Assembly: GCA_000934665.2 (NCBI GenBank)
Contig: KZ538888.1
Span: 1 to 42,152, forward strand
Source of the DNA: Catajapyx aquilonaris
Lineage: Eukaryota
Reading direction: 5' to 3'
Length of the DNA stretch: 42,152 nucleotides
Position 1 is the stretch's first letter. Each line of letters starts with the position of its first letter. The notes beneath the pieces are model-generated. The model saw only the letters and a list, made by a program, of their open reading frames with translations. It was not told where the DNA came from and made no database searches. A program made the translations under genes and the position numbers. Of this stretch, positions 1-12,457 are shown in pieces.

Positions 1-121
1 TGGTGGTAACCCACCCCCCTAAAAGGGCTCTGTTCCCTGTAATGGGGTAAAGCTTAAAAAAAAAAAAAACAGCACCACCGTACCACGTGATTCAAATCAT
101 GCCATACATTTTGCCCAACCC

Positions 122-799
122 TGTACATATTGGAAAATTTTTATCATATGCAGTTAGGGACATTAATCTGACTCATTGAGTGTCATGGGGTCTCCAGAGT
201 ATATGGTGCGCATGGGCAGGAGCAGGCAGAAGCGAGTGACCGCTGCGCAGAGAGTGCCCATGCCATAAGCACTTGTGGCAAGATGGCAAACGAACGTGTT
301 ACAGATATGGACGAAAGATGAAGTGCAGGCGGTTATCCACCCATTCCACCTCATTGTCTAGACAATTGTAACCACAGTGACCAGCAGCAAATGGCTCGTC
401 AATGGTGTCAGTAGTTGTGTGGCAGACATGACAGTGTCGCAGAGGAGCAGTGACTTGGAAGGCCATCGGCGTCGACGACAAGGTGAACATCGAACATGTG
501 GATACAGTTGTTTGGACGATGACGTGGAACATGCAGATAACTGCCCGCACTTCACCTTTCGTCCATGTCTGTAACACAAGTCTGTTCATCATCTCGACTC
601 AAGTGCTTATGGTGCCCTGTGCGGAGGTCACTCGCTGCTGCCACCTCCTGCACATGCGTGGCGTACACTCTGGAGACCCCATGACGCTCAATGAGTCAGG
701 AGAATATCTCCTAACTGCAGATGATAAAAATTTCCTCATATGTACAATACTTCCAGAAATAATCGCTACACAAAACTTATTTTTGGAACAACCCTCGTA
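122..799. mobile_element. Mariner-derived foldback MITE with truncated left terminus
   Basis: Degenerate inverted repeat (about 122-380 vs 495-746). Right end TTTTGGAACAACCCTCG-TA is mariner TIR-like. Both arms encode a W-T-K-x-E-V-x-A-V-I remnant. Confidence 0.75.
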
Positions 800-912
800 A
801 TAAGTGCTAAAAAATGGCCAACCACTATGGACAATTCAGCTGGAACATGCTGCAGAAAATTCGCCCATAAAAGCTCTTATGAACAGTGAAGGGTATAGTT
901 AGAATGTTTTAC

Positions 913-1039
913 CAAAATTCCAGTCTCCAATGTTGCCAGCATTCAGGAAGAAGTGGGTGCGAAACAGATCTCCGATGCCTCCCTTTCCAGGCCTGAATGG
1001 AAGTGGGGTGTACAGGTGAAGGCCTGCTGCCCAGGATGC
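913..1039 (-). CDS. SAMM50: SAMM50 coding exon 8 ([42 protein letters not shown]); gene continues left of the window
   Basis: Translated by hand (not in the ORF track). CAG acceptor at 1041-1040, GTAAAA donor at 912, phase 1. [13 protein letters not shown]...[11 protein letters not shown] is near-identical to vertebrate SAMM50 as I recall it. No terminal beta-signal exon found in 1-912. Confidence 0.95.
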
Positions 1040-1251
1040 CTGGAGATTCAAGTTAATTCATTATTATTGTTGCCTGATAGGATCCATAATAATTGACTAA
1101 TCAAAGGATCCCTCGCAGGGTTGAGTTTGCTCAGTGACTCAATAATTTTTAGTGGAAGGTATTCCTAATCATATTTTTGACGTAAAACTGAAACTCAGTT
1201 TTTCAGTATTTGCTATGAAGGTTGTGAAAAAATTGACCTTTGCACTTAACC

Positions 1252-1526
1252 CTTTTTTTTCCGTGATAGAGCCAGTGGCTCTCTTAAGGGGGAAGGGGGA
1301 GGTTCCCTAGGGAGGGCCCTGTAATTTTTGAGTCATTTCTGACTTGTGAAAAACACCAGGCCTTTTCTACTGGCCCCGGGCAGATAGGGAGTGCAATTCT
1401 GCCCTGGCATGTCGGGTGAAAAGCGGAAAAAGACCGGGCCAAGCAGAGGTGACGGGGACGGGATTTGAACCCTGGCCTCCCGCTTGGCTGGCCAGAGGCG
1501 TAGCCGCTAGACCACCATGCCGCCCG
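1252..1526 (-). mobile_element. tRNA-derived SINE in SAMM50 intron
   Basis: A box TGGTCTAGCGG, B box GGTTCAAATCC, A8 tail, 14-bp TSD CTTTGCACTTAACC at 1238-1251 and 1527-1540. Confidence 0.88.
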
Positions 1527-3097
1527 CTTTGCACTTAACCTTTGAGGGCTACATGCCTCATATGATGTCCTGCGGGTTTTGGAACTGGGCACACGAGAGT
1601 TTAGACAGAAATAGCACAGTTTGGGGCTCAAACTGCTCCTACCACCTCATGGAAGGGGGCTCAACTACCATGGCATATTCTAATAGGTTTTTCCACCTCC
1701 CAGCGTGAGCTAAACATACCCCTTCCCTCGACGTCAGAAGAGGGTGTCCCCATAAGTCTGGACTCTTAGGAATTTTTCATAGCAGTGTTTTAGTATTATT
1801 TTGTAACCATAGTAACAATGTTATAGTGTCTTTATAAATTTTAATAAATTTAATTACATTTAAAGTTCATTACACTAGAAATTTTCTCTGGAACACCCTG
1901 TAGATGATTTATTTGGAATATTACATTCAAAAGGACCACCACGAGTTAAAATGATAAATTTTGGAGCATATTGTTTTTCATTAATATCACTCCTACTACG
2001 CGCAATTTTCATCAAGAAAAGAAAACAATGGTTTGGGAGGATGGGTTGATGTTTTTTTTTTAATAAAATAAAAAATAAAACCCTGCTTACTGCTATAAGT
2101 AATTTGCAGTAGTACAACTTTTTACGAGCCATTTCGCACAATACTTCAAAATTGCTTGAGTAAGACCTATGGTACAGCTTAAATCAATTGGTGAAGGTCT
2201 TATGTGCACCTGCCTTGTTCCAGTACTTTTATTCTGCCACGGAGGTCTTACTGCCCTTTTTTTTACTGAAGGGAATGTTTTTGCTGTTTTAGTGATTTCA
2301 TTTAGATTCAGGTTTATAGTGAACAATATGCAGTCCAAAAAATCAGACATCTTCTACCATTCACATAACAATTAACATGAAAATTATGGATGGTTTCTGG
2401 CACTTTCTGAGTCTATGCCAAGCATAAAATATTTCAAATTCACGAGTTTTATGCTCATGTTTTCTCAACCAGGACAACGAATACCGAAAAACTTGGTTTC
2501 AATTTTTTGTATAATGTAACTACGAATAATTTGCACTAAAAATTATCAAGGCACAGAGCAAAATCACTCCTGGAAGGAATCCTTCATCTTTTGCAATTAC
2601 AGTATTAATTTTGAACTGTCATAAAGTCAATGAATCTTTCAGAACTCACATAAACAGAAAGAGAAGGTTAAACTGAGCATTCCCATGCATGTGTGGAAAG
2701 CAGGTCATAAGCAACAAAATGCAAGCATAAAGTTGGTTACAAACCCTGCATGAGAGAGAGACAGAGATAGGCAGAACGTAAATTTTGTGTTTGACCATTC
2801 ACACATAGCGCAGGGATGTTGCCACTAATAGCAGTCCAGGCTTCATCCAGCCATGTGAACTTTATGCAGAGGAAAACATGCAGGTATAATAGAAATGGGC
2901 ATGAAAAGGGGAAATTTTGGTGATAATACTTATTATTATTATCATCAGCTTCTTTCTTCACACACTTGCAACTGAGCCATCAAAGTTTATCTATGCAGAA
3001 TTTGTGAAAAGCAGCCTCCACTATAAATTCTGTGCCAAAAAAGCACTCATGCACTAGGGTCCTTCATGGTGAAACAAATGTATTATAAAATGCCTAC

Positions 3098-3262
3098 CAT
3101 GTCTCCAAGAGCATCCCCAGAATCATGTGATCCAGCTCCCCTCGTTTGGAATCCCCTGAGATTCAAAGGACCACCAAGGAAGAAGTGGTCACTGATGGTA
3201 TAAGTCTTTTCTGTGAGGCTCAATGGCCTCATAAAACCTCCTTGTACAGACCCCTGGAGGAC
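3098..3262 (-). CDS. SAMM50: SAMM50 coding exon 7 (VLQGSVQGG...DHFFLGGPLNLRGF...DALGDM)
   Basis: CAG acceptor, GTAGGC donor, 165 bp. FxLGGPxxLRGF is the conserved Omp85 loop-6 (VRGF-type) motif. Confidence 0.95.
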
Positions 3263-4566
3263 CTGCAACAGTAATGTTCCAAAACATTATTGTCTAATGC
3301 ATTAATACATTAGTTACCTTGTAAAAAAAAAAATGGAAAGGATGTTCTGATATAATTCAGCATTTTTCATTTACACTTTTTTTGCACTATGGAAAATTTC
3401 TTAATATTGCATAATGCAGCATTGTATTTACTGGTTGTGCTAAGATATTCTTGGTATAATCACCCAAACAATGCAAATATAAATATTAGAGCTAATGTGA
3501 CATGGAATGCAATCAGACTTCCACAGGACATAATGAATCGCATGTTTATCACATTGCTCTACAATTGAAGACTTTGGGGGAAGAACAATCAAGGTGCACC
3601 TCAGGTGAGACTGAGATATTCCAATTTTAAATTTCAAAGGGCCATAAGGTTCCATTGTAAATCCCACTTTCAGAGCCTTCCATAGTGACCTATGATCATT
3701 ACTCTACAACCATGACCAAATCATCATATTCTATACTACTGAAAGTATCTTCTCATTGTGAGATGTGTAACTCACTTATAACTAAAAGTGAACCTTGATC
3801 GTTCTCCCCCCGAGGTCTTCAAATTGAAACCCTGAATCTCTAACCTTTTGACTGTGCTATTTTTCCAGAGTGCATAAGAACTCTGTATATTATTTAAAAA
3901 GCATGTAAATGACATTGGTGAAACAGTTACTGGATCTGAAACAACTGTAGAGGGTCATATCTAAGTAATTATTAAAGTTGGGATAAGTGGCATATGAGGC
4001 ACGCTTTCCTTTTGACTTTTCATCCCTGGGGGATGTAGATACCAAAGTGCAGTTATTAAAAAGATGGAAGAGCTGCAAACAATACACAGAATCACTGATC
4101 AGCACAAATGCTTCAATTCAAAATATGAATATCTGTGCTACATCCAAAGTTCCAAACATCACCCAAGACATCTGGATACTTGAGAGAAAAAGTACAGTGT
4201 TGTACATAAATCGAGGCATACTGTTAGTGACATTTTCCGAAGCGGCAGAGGCTTGGAGTATCCTTATCTTCGATTCCTTCTTCTGCCCATTCGGAAAATT
4301 CGCTAGCCACCAGTGCCTCGAATGCCTCGATTAATGTCCAACACTGTACAACATATCATGGGGAGATACAAGAGAAATACACTAAGTCCAATGTTGGCAC
4401 TTTTGAGTTTCTTTAATACCATTAAGTCGCATTTTTTCTCTTCCATCACCTGGTGAAGTCAATTTAGTCCTAAGATTCCTAATGAGCCAGCTAGCCAGGA
4501 TTTTCTGTACTCACTAGTAGTGGCATAGTGTGGGCCTCCACCAAGACAGCATTGAATCCCCCCCCC

Positions 4567-4582
4567 NNNNNNNNNNNNNNNN
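4567..4582. other. Assembly gap (run of N) between poly-C and poly-A tracts
   Basis: 16 N bases in the sequence. Confidence 0.95.
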
Positions 4583-5152
4583 AAAAAAAAAAAAAAAAAA
4601 ACGCGTGTATTGTATTTTAAGAAAATACTGATGAATCAAAGTAAATGCAGTAGTGCAACAGAGTGGAATCTCAGAAAGGGCAAAAATGACTCTTTCCCAA
4701 CGAAAGAAGAGTAAAGATGAGGGTAAATCCGATATATTGAAGGAGTTTGCTGCATTAAGTGATATATTTACAATATTAAAACTGTCTGGTTTCAGCTAAA
4801 AAAGTACAGTAGGAATGAGGTCACCCTTGATAAAGGCAAGATAGCTTGCTTTTCCTATAAAAATAAACAATTCAAGTATTGTACAAAGAAGAGGGAACAC
4901 TTCCTTAAAATCAAATTGATGCATGGACTCCCAGATTTGTCCCAGCTTCCAAGAAGACCTCTCCTTTTTTATAACCTGTCATTCATAAGAGGAAGGCTAA
5001 CAGTCCCTGGTTCCGCTGCAACATTTGCACCATGGTCCATTGCAAATTTAACACCGGGGGGGGGGGGGAATTGTGTGGGGCCCCTCTTTCCTTGCGGCCC
5101 TAATAAGTGTTAATTGTGCTTAATGATTAACTATCACCGCTAAATCACATCT

Positions 5153-5699
5153 ATGTTAGGCGCAAACCTCGAAAACGGCCATTGAGCGAAGAAATCGAGC
5201 ATTTCGAAACGGGCAAATCACGAAATGCTCACTTTAAAACGGGCAGACCCCAAAATGCTCTTTCTCAAAAGGCCAGAATTTCTGGAATACACAAAGATGT
5301 CAGGACGCAAAATTAGTGTCGTGGCTAGTTCCAAAAAAGCCCATAACTCATTGTGGCAATTTCTTGTTATCCACTTCTTCATGGAAATAACAATAGGGTG
5401 ATTTATAATCTCCAGCATTCTTGGTGCAGTGCGAAACAAGAAACTGCCACGATACTAATTTTGCGTCCTGACATTTTTGTGTAATCCAGAAAAGCGTCCT
5501 GGTATTTTGAAAAGGAGCATTTCGGGGTATGCTCATTTGAAAACGAGCTTTTTGTGATCTGCACATTTTAAAATGAGCATTTCGCGAAATGGATGGTTTG
5601 AAAAGGGGAATTTTGCGATCTACCTGTTTTGAAAAGAGCATTCCGTGAAATGCTTGATTTTTTCTCTCAATGGCCGTTTTCGAGGTTTGCGTCTGACAT
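5153..5699. mobile_element. MITE with about 60-bp TIRs and subterminal GAGCATTT repeats; superfamily unassigned
   Basis: ATGTTAGGCGCAAACCTCGAAAACGGCCATTGAG mirrored by CTCAATGGCCGTTTTCGAGGTTTGCGTCTGACAT, plus further internal inverted segments. Confidence 0.8.
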
Positions 5700-5893
5700 C
5701 TGTCTCATGGAAAATCACAAAAGAATGCATCACTTTTTGGGCCTCTGACGCCATAGTTGACAGTTGTATATTTTCTCATTTTTGCCTGCTTTTTTACTTA
5801 GCCTACTTTTTTGTCTCAAACTATATTGTTATTATTTTTCACTTCGTCAGTTAAAGGGGGCGCCCCTCAGTTGGCCAATTTGTGCACTGTATA

Positions 5894-6554
5894 CAGGTAG
5901 TCCCAGGTTTACGAACGACCTGATTTACAGGGATCCGTACTTACGAACAGGCTCCCAAGGCTCTCGGGAAGGAAAATTCATATTATTTCTCCACTTTAAG
6001 TCACTTCTTCGTACGCTGACCTACACCAAGTTAAATATAAATACTGTATCATTAATAAGTAATAAGGAAGCTACATGTAAACAGACACAAGTGACATTAG
6101 TTGTTCGTTGGAGCAGAATATTTACACTATATATACAGGGTGTCCCATCTTTTTTGTCCGAACAGTTATCGGGAAATTGCATGTAGCTGCTACTTTTTAA
6201 GCAGTGACTTGCAACCGGTGATTTGTCGGAGGAATGGGGAAAAAGAGGGTCACACATCCCATGGCATGTGTGACCCTCTTTTTTCCAGGCTTGACCCTCA
6301 ACTTTCAGTGGGCAGCACGTATGCCACTTCAACCTACAATTCGCAGGGAATATTCCCCGTTCATCCGAAAACTCACCGTTTGCAAGTCACTGCTTAAAAA
6401 GTAGCAGCTATGCACAATTTTCCGATAACTGTTCGGACAAAAAAGATGACACCCCCTGTATATGCGCTGTTTCTCATGGTTCCGAGTTACATACAAATCC
6501 AACTTATGGACATTTTCAGGAATGTAACCCCGTTCGTAAACCAGGGACTACCTG
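5894..6554. mobile_element. pogo/Tigger-type MITE (host of a nested insertion)
   Basis: TA|CAGGTAGTCCCAGGTTTACGAACG ... CGTTCGTAAACCAGGGACTACCTG|TA, TA TSD. Confidence 0.85.
6136..6458. mobile_element. Tc1/mariner-type MITE nested in the Tigger-type MITE
   Basis: TA|CAGGGTGTCCCATCTTTTTTGTCCGAACAGTTATCGG with a mirror copy ending CCCTG|TA; about 80-bp TIRs and an internal hairpin at 6238-6287. Confidence 0.88.
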
Positions 6555-7248
6555 TATTCATGTACATTCCCACCTGTAACTTTTCTACTCAGTAAAACCC
6601 TTGAAATAGAGTTAATTGGACAACCATTTCTTTTTTTACTTAGTGTGTTTCTCTTGTACACCAATAATATGCTGCGCAGTTGACGGCATTATTACTTTAC
6701 AAATGTCATTGTTACCCTGATGGTCACATGATTTCAATCAGCCAATCTTGGCATATTAATGCAATGAATTTCTACTTCTCCTGGTGTGATTTATAAGGTG
6801 ACAAAGTTACAACCAGTAACCTGAGTGCCAATGTTACCTCTCAAAAAGATATTCAGCTTTCTGGGGTCATTTACACAGTCATGAGTAATTGGACTGGGGC
6901 TACCCCTAATACAATTTACTCATGATGATGTAAACTGTCAAGGAATCCTGTATAGGGTAGTCCAACAAGGAAGAACCTCTGCTTACAAAAATAGAACTGA
7001 TTTAGCTGATTTTCAGCACAAACTTCAGTCAGAAAACTAGGCTTAAGACACCCTGAACAGAGCAAGGTTGGACAAGTACAGATGTGTTGGACTCTATGTT
7101 TTGTCACATCAAGAATCTGGTCTGTAAAAGGATTCTGACCTGAAATTTTTGCTGCTCAAAACATACATTAGCCTCAATAATTGTCATATTAGATATTCAA
7201 AACAATGATTTACTAGAGAAATGTGTTCTTCAAACTGGTAGTTACGTA

Positions 7249-7675
7249 CAGGGTGAAGGGAAACTAGCGCCCAATTGCCAGGTAGACTGATAGTACTCGT
7301 AAAACTAATATAGGGATGTGCAATTAGTTTTGGGCGCCGTAGCGTACTTAATGCATACGGCGCCTTTAAAGTTTCGTGACGTCACATCCGCTCCACCAGT
7401 TTCAAAGTAGCAAAAGCCAGCTCGAGGGCCTCCGAATCATCCGGCCTTGGTCCTCTAATGCATCGTCCATGTGCAATAGGCGATCAAATCCCGTCAAAGT
7501 AAGAATCCGGGTGCGACACCCATTCACTTTGTCGTTTTTACCTCATATTTTACCACCTGGCCCTCTACACTTTAAAGGCGCCGCACACATTAACTACGCA
7601 CCGGCGCCCAAAACTAATTGCCCATCCCTATATTAGTTTTACGAGTACTATCAGTCTACATGGCAATTGGGCCTG
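7249..7675. mobile_element. Tc1/mariner-type MITE with a short deletion in the right TIR
   Basis: TA|CAGGGTG start; about 100-bp inverted arms (GCCCAATTGCC...CCTTTAAAGT); ends CCTG|TA. Confidence 0.8.
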
Positions 7676-7679
7676 TATA

Positions 7680-8073
7680 CAGGGTGGTCCAACTTCAAGT
7701 GTCACTTTATAACGGCTATTAATAGAAGCGCTTTACGATTATCGTAGCAGCCACGTGTAAAATGGCCCACTTCGGCGCCATCGAAAATATTAGCTGTGTT
7801 TCATTTGCAGGCTTCCCCCTTGCATTACAGGTCCATCGTCCATCTGGTGCCTTGGACGTCACCCATTTCACACAGGCGCATCGCAGGTCATGTGTGCACC
7901 TCCTTTTTTCCAGGTCAACCCAGCAGCAGGGTTGATTACATGTGTGCTGCTATTGGCAGCTAATATTTTCGATGGCACCGAAGTGGGACATTTTACACGT
8001 CGCTGCTACGTCATCGCAAAATCACTGCTATTAATCGCCGTTATAAAACGACACTTGAAGTTGGACCACCCTG
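7680..8073. mobile_element. Tc1/mariner-type MITE, copy 1 (same family as 37937-38334)
   Basis: TA|CAGGGTGGTCCAACTTCAAGTGTC ... GACACTTGAAGTTGGACCACCCTG|TA. Confidence 0.9.
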
Positions 8074-8360
8074 TATACATTTGGCATGTATGGTCAGTCA
8101 CAGTCAGGGTACTCAGGGATAAAGCTTTATAGCCACTGGTCATTGCTTTTTTCAGCCTCAGACAAGGAGGGGTAAGAAGTTACTATGAACTGTTACAATA
8201 ACCGAATACTCTCTGGTAACTGGAAATCAGATGAATAAGCAGAATTTCTGAAAGCAGTGTTTCTTCCATGCTGGACTACTTTGAAATGCCACATGAATGT
8301 CTGTGTGCATTTTGGTATACATGCAGATGCCAAAAATGTCATAAATCAATTGCCACATAC

Positions 8361-8630
8361 AGTGTCAAACGGCAGAGGTACGTTGAGCTGCACTTCCGCA
8401 GTGTTCTTCAAGAAGGAAATATCTCCACCAAGTCCAGCAACCTCGCTGGTATGCTTGAAAAATATGCCAGAGGCGGGAAATACAGGGGTGTCCCGGGTAT
8501 CTATAGTCAGGATGTGCCTGATGGATGATTTGATTGTATGACCACTCTGCTGTCGCACTAGGAAAGATGTCGTACGACTCAGGCAGCTCATATCACGCCA
8601 CACTCCTTCCCATTGCAAGTTGTGCTGAAC
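8361..8630 (-). CDS. SAMM50: SAMM50 coding exon 6 (VQHNLQWEGVWRD...SGHTIKSSIRH...EVAGLGGDISFLK...PFDT)
   Basis: AAG acceptor, GTATGT donor, 270 bp. Contains the WEGVWR, GHxxKSS, DTRD and GGDxxF Sam50 motifs. Confidence 0.95.
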
Positions 8631-9022
8631 CTTTATTAAGAAATGGGAACAAGATTGTAGCAAGTTTCCTTTCACATTGTAGCGAAAATCTAGGTGATGG
8701 CCTAACAGTTGGCCGGTAGTATTTGAATTTCAAGTTTTTACAGCGATCTTTGGAAAATTAATTTTGGAACCTCTAGACAGGCAAAAAAAAAAGGTTCCAA
8801 ACACATTCATAGTGTTTTGCATGAACGTGTAAGTATACAGGGTGAAGATGTTTGTCGTGGGATAGTTACCGAGATAATGTGCTTCAAACACAAGGTATAA
8901 AATATCCTGGCACATATGTATCTCTCCACGAGACCTTACATTTTCCAATTAAAGTAAGGTGTTCCCATGCAATTTAATTTAAATTTATGATCCCATTAGG
9001 TGTAGCAGGGAATGGCCTAGGC

Positions 9023-10021
9023 CACCGGTTCTTAAACTGTGGTCCGCGGGACCCTCTCAGGGGGTCCGCGAGACCCTACCAGTGTTCCACAAAGGTTCTG
9101 AAAAATACACACGCAGTTGTTTATGTTGTTATGAAAACACCCCTTGCGAGAAGCTAGTATTCGCACGTGCGTGAAGATGCAAATTCGCAACGATTTTTCG
9201 ACTAGACGCAGATATGAAAATTTAGAGCATTGTATGATAGAAATACAAAATACAAATAATGGGGAAGTAGCCTTCATTTTGGAAACTACATAATAAATTC
9301 GCCCATATTTTTTGGATTTTTTTGGCATATTCCGTTTTAAGATATCAGCTTTAGTTCCGGAGTAATTGGGGTTTTTATGTAGGGAAATGGTGACGTCACT
9401 GTTTCCCTAGAAAATGTTGACGTCACGCGAAGTGAAATGAACGCAAAAATGATGTTATAGAACGCGCCCCGTCATTGTTGTAAAATGCTTCGCTGTGGTT
9501 AGCAACCGTCCCATTCCATGAGCAAGATAGCGGCCGGGGCGCGTTTTTACTTCACGCCGCTCAATCAGCTTAGGGGCTGGCAGGGGTGCCAACTGGCAGG
9601 AATCATCTGTCACCCGAATTCGGCACATGAAGGCCCCCTTTCTCCACCTCGATGGCCTACAGCCGCCTTGCGAATGCTTTCCGTCGTGTCCGCGGTTAAT
9701 TCAAAGTCAAATTCCTCATCTCTCGCAGTCAACCAGGCATTTCAGTGTACCCTTTCGATTGGCTCCGCCGTTTTTCCCGCCAATTTTGAAGGCACTTTTA
9801 AATGTGCCGTAATTTATCCAGTAATGTCATTTTGATGCAACAGAGTGATGGAATGTATGTTTACAGGCATGGGCTAGCTAGTTATGAACAAAAATCCCAA
9901 ATCCCAGACCAAGGCTAGTTCCCCATTCCGAGCTTTAAACTTTGACTTAATTCTTGGGGGTCCTCGAGGGCGAGTGATCTCTGAAGGGGGTCCGCGGTCT
10001 AGGACAGTTTAAGAACCGCTG
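9023..10021. mobile_element. Non-autonomous hAT (Charlie-like) element
   Basis: TIRs CACCGGTTCTTAAACTGT / ACAGTTTAAGAACCGCTG, 8-bp TSD GCCTAGGC (9015-9022, 10022-10029), subterminal GGGGTCCGCG repeats. Confidence 0.9.
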
Positions 10022-10459
10022 GCCTAGGCGATGGCAGTGTCGTAAGCAGTTTCCGAAACCTATAAGCTGGGATAATGCACTTTTTATTTAATGCTAATTA
10101 TCTCGCTAACTATGAGGTGGAGACCCATGATGTGACCACTTCAAGTGATCATCTAGAACCCCTTGCTCATTTCCCAAAGCTATCCCATGACAAACGTCTT
10201 AACCCTATATATGTTATTCGCTGTAAAATATCTTGTCCTTATCTTCAGAGTACGTGTAAGGGAAAATCTAGGCATTTTGGCCTAGCTGGTAGCAAAGGGG
10301 TTAAAGATGTAGGCCTACTGGTAGACATCATTTGATTATCAATATGGCACAATTGAGGGGTTGGCCACTTACATAATCAGGAGCACATTTTGTCATGCAA
10401 TCAGATATGTGTTGACTCCAGTGCTTCCTTATGAAAGTGATAACACATAATCACAATTT

Positions 10460-10518
10460 CGAGGCGCATCCAGAAACTAAGTTCTGTTTTTTTATTAAAA
10501 AACGGAGGATGCGCCTCG
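10460..10518. mobile_element. 59-bp minimal mariner-type remnant
   Basis: CGAGGCGCATCC ... GGATGCGCCTCG|TA. Confidence 0.55.
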
Positions 10519-10521
10519 TAC

Positions 10522-10926
10522 ATGTACCAGCCCCCGCAACTCCCAATCTAGCCTTATGGGGAAGGCCGTGCACTTAGCGAGTCCCCTATCCACGGATGTG
10601 GAGTCCCGGATCCATGGATGTGGCGCACTGTACCAAATCGCATTCGGGTTCTGAACCGTTCTGAGCCTACCTAAATCGTCTAGTCCCATTCAGCCCCCAT
10701 TTGCAGCGTGCACCAGCCACCCGAATGCAATTTGGAACGTTCCAAATCGCATTCGGGTGGCTGATGGTTGGATCGGTGGACAGGCCTGAATAGAATTGAC
10801 CGTTTAGGTAGGTTCAGAATGGTTCAGAAGTCGTCCGCCCGAATGCGATTTGGTATAATGCGCCACATCTGGGGATAGGGGACTCGCCAAGCGCACGCAA
10901 AAGGGAGTTGTGGGGGGCTGAGATGT
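10522..10926. repeat. Multi-stem palindromic (foldback) element
   Basis: Concentric inverted segments (CAGCCCCCGCAACTCCC; GCGAGTCCCCTATCC; TACCAAATCGCATTCGGG; CCTACCTAAA) around a central hairpin at about 10714-10763. Confidence 0.75.
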
Positions 10927-10932
10927 GTGCAA

Positions 10933-11033
10933 GTAAGAAATGGTAGCCCTTGGGTGATGTCACCAGCTGGGGACAAGCCTTTTTCTCTATTTCCCCCAGC
11001 TGGTGACGTCACCCATGGCCTATCATTTCTTAC
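10933..11033. repeat. About 100-bp hairpin (MITE-like)
   Basis: GTAAGAAATGGTAGCCCTTGGGTGATGTCACCAGCTGGGGA mirrored by TCCCCCAGCTGGTGACGTCACCCATGGCCTATCATTTCTTAC. Confidence 0.7.
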
Positions 11034-11271
11034 TCCCACGGCTCGCATTCCATCAATTGGATGTGCACTTCTTGGGAAATGTCGCTATCAGTATGACAGA
11101 ATTCATGTCCAGCATTGTACAAGTACTTGGGTAAGCTTCCAAGAGAAGTGGTCATCCTCTTGGGCACAATGCATTAGTATTATTTCATTACTTCAGTGTT
11201 AAGATTATTCCTGAACTGACATTAGGGTGTAATGGATTCAACAACTAATGAAAAACATATTTTCTGCTCAC

Positions 11272-11589
11272 CATAGGTATAAAGTTGAAAGCAAGGTCAA
11301 CTAGGAGACCCCTGTGGATTTCCCCAAAGCCACATGATGGCCAATCATATTCATGCTTAAACACATTGATAGCAGTCTGGTGGGCTGCACCTTCACCCAT
11401 GGGTCGTTTTGTGGAGAAGTCAAAACGGGTGTTTTTACTCGAGCTGTATCCATACTCCATCTGCATCAGTTCTCCCCTTCCACACATATTGGGTGCATTC
11501 AGTGACAGCACCAGGGAGCCCTCATTATCACCTGCCATAGTACTTATGCTCCCAACTACTCGTTTCAGTTCGTCGACTCGGAAAGTCAC
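11272..11589 (-). CDS. SAMM50: SAMM50 coding exon 5 (VTFRVDELKR...NEGSLVLSLNAPNMCGRGE...FIPM)
   Basis: TAG acceptor, GTGAGC donor, 318 bp. NEGS...PN..GRGE is the Omp85/Sam50 barrel-entry motif. Confidence 0.95.
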
Positions 11590-12170
11590 CTAAGAAAATA
11601 TGGTATCATAATTCATGTCTTCTTTGCCACAGTTATGTCTTGTCGACATTCATGCTATTGGCAATCAGTAATTACTTGTATATCATTTTTTGTACTTCTG
11701 TTTTCGGTGCAAGTGATTTTATTGAGTTGCAGGAGTTGCTCAGGAGATATGCTACATATGCTACACCAGCAACAAAAATGTTATATCTAAGTATGCCTGG
11801 TTCAAGTAATGCGGTTTGCATGAAATAATTTAAGGAATGTCACATAAGTCCAATTCAGATAGTGCAGAGCTCCCACACATTTCTGAGAGTCTTCCATGGA
11901 TATTAGGAAAGGGTTTCCCTCCATTGCCAGGAAAAATCCTTCCTTCTTACCAAGATAAACTATTTTGGGAATTGTGCTCTATGGGGTATCACACTGGGTT
12001 GTCGGTATACAGTCTCTTAAGAAATTTTGAATGTGATAAACCTTAATAGGCAATTAATTTTCAGAAGTACCCATGCAACTCAATCCATATAGTGGCAAAA
12101 AGTCATAAAAAGCACCACACAAGTAATTGCTCACTGTCATATGCAGTTCATACGAACACTTTTTTGTTAC

Positions 12171-12287
12171 CTGAACTCCATCAGGAGTTGCTCCTGTCCC
12201 ACTGCTGACATCGATAAAAATGCCAACTTTGCTAAAGCATCCACACTTCTCAAGCTTTTTTCGTACCTGATGAGCAGTCATGATGAC
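12171..12287 (-). CDS. SAMM50: SAMM50 coding exon 4 (VIMTAHQVRKKLEKCGCFSKVGIFIDVSSGTGATPDGVQ)
   Basis: TAG acceptor after a 68-bp intron, GTAACA donor, 117 bp, phase 0/0. Second half of POTRA. Confidence 0.93.
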
Positions 12288-12355
12288 CTACAATAATATT
12301 ATGAGAAGAAAATAGTTAACCTCGCCGCTCTCAAAAAGCCAGTCCTGGTACTCAC

Positions 12356-12457
12356 CTGCTCAAAATTTTGAGCCTTGAAGAGATCACCAACGGTGCCCAT
12401 GATAAAATCATCTTTGCTTCTTCCGAGTCCATTAACATTGACTTTGTCCACTCTAGC
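12356..12457 (-). CDS. SAMM50: SAMM50 coding exon 3, start of POTRA domain (ARVDKVNVNGLGRSKDDFIMGTVGDLFKAQNFEQ)
   Basis: CAG acceptor, GTGAGT donor, 102 bp. GLGRSKDD matches the Sam50 POTRA motif GLGRTKDD. Confidence 0.93.

Noticed and set aside
4331..6692. Weak 55-bp inverted repeat pair (about 4331-4387 and 6637-6692)
   Set aside because: Too degenerate, with no TSD and an assembly gap in between, to call as one element.
7890..8132. ORF with a near-identical peptide at 37932-38252 (LLAANIFDG.EVGHFTRRC...)
   Set aside because: The similarity comes from two copies of the same MITE, not from a gene family.
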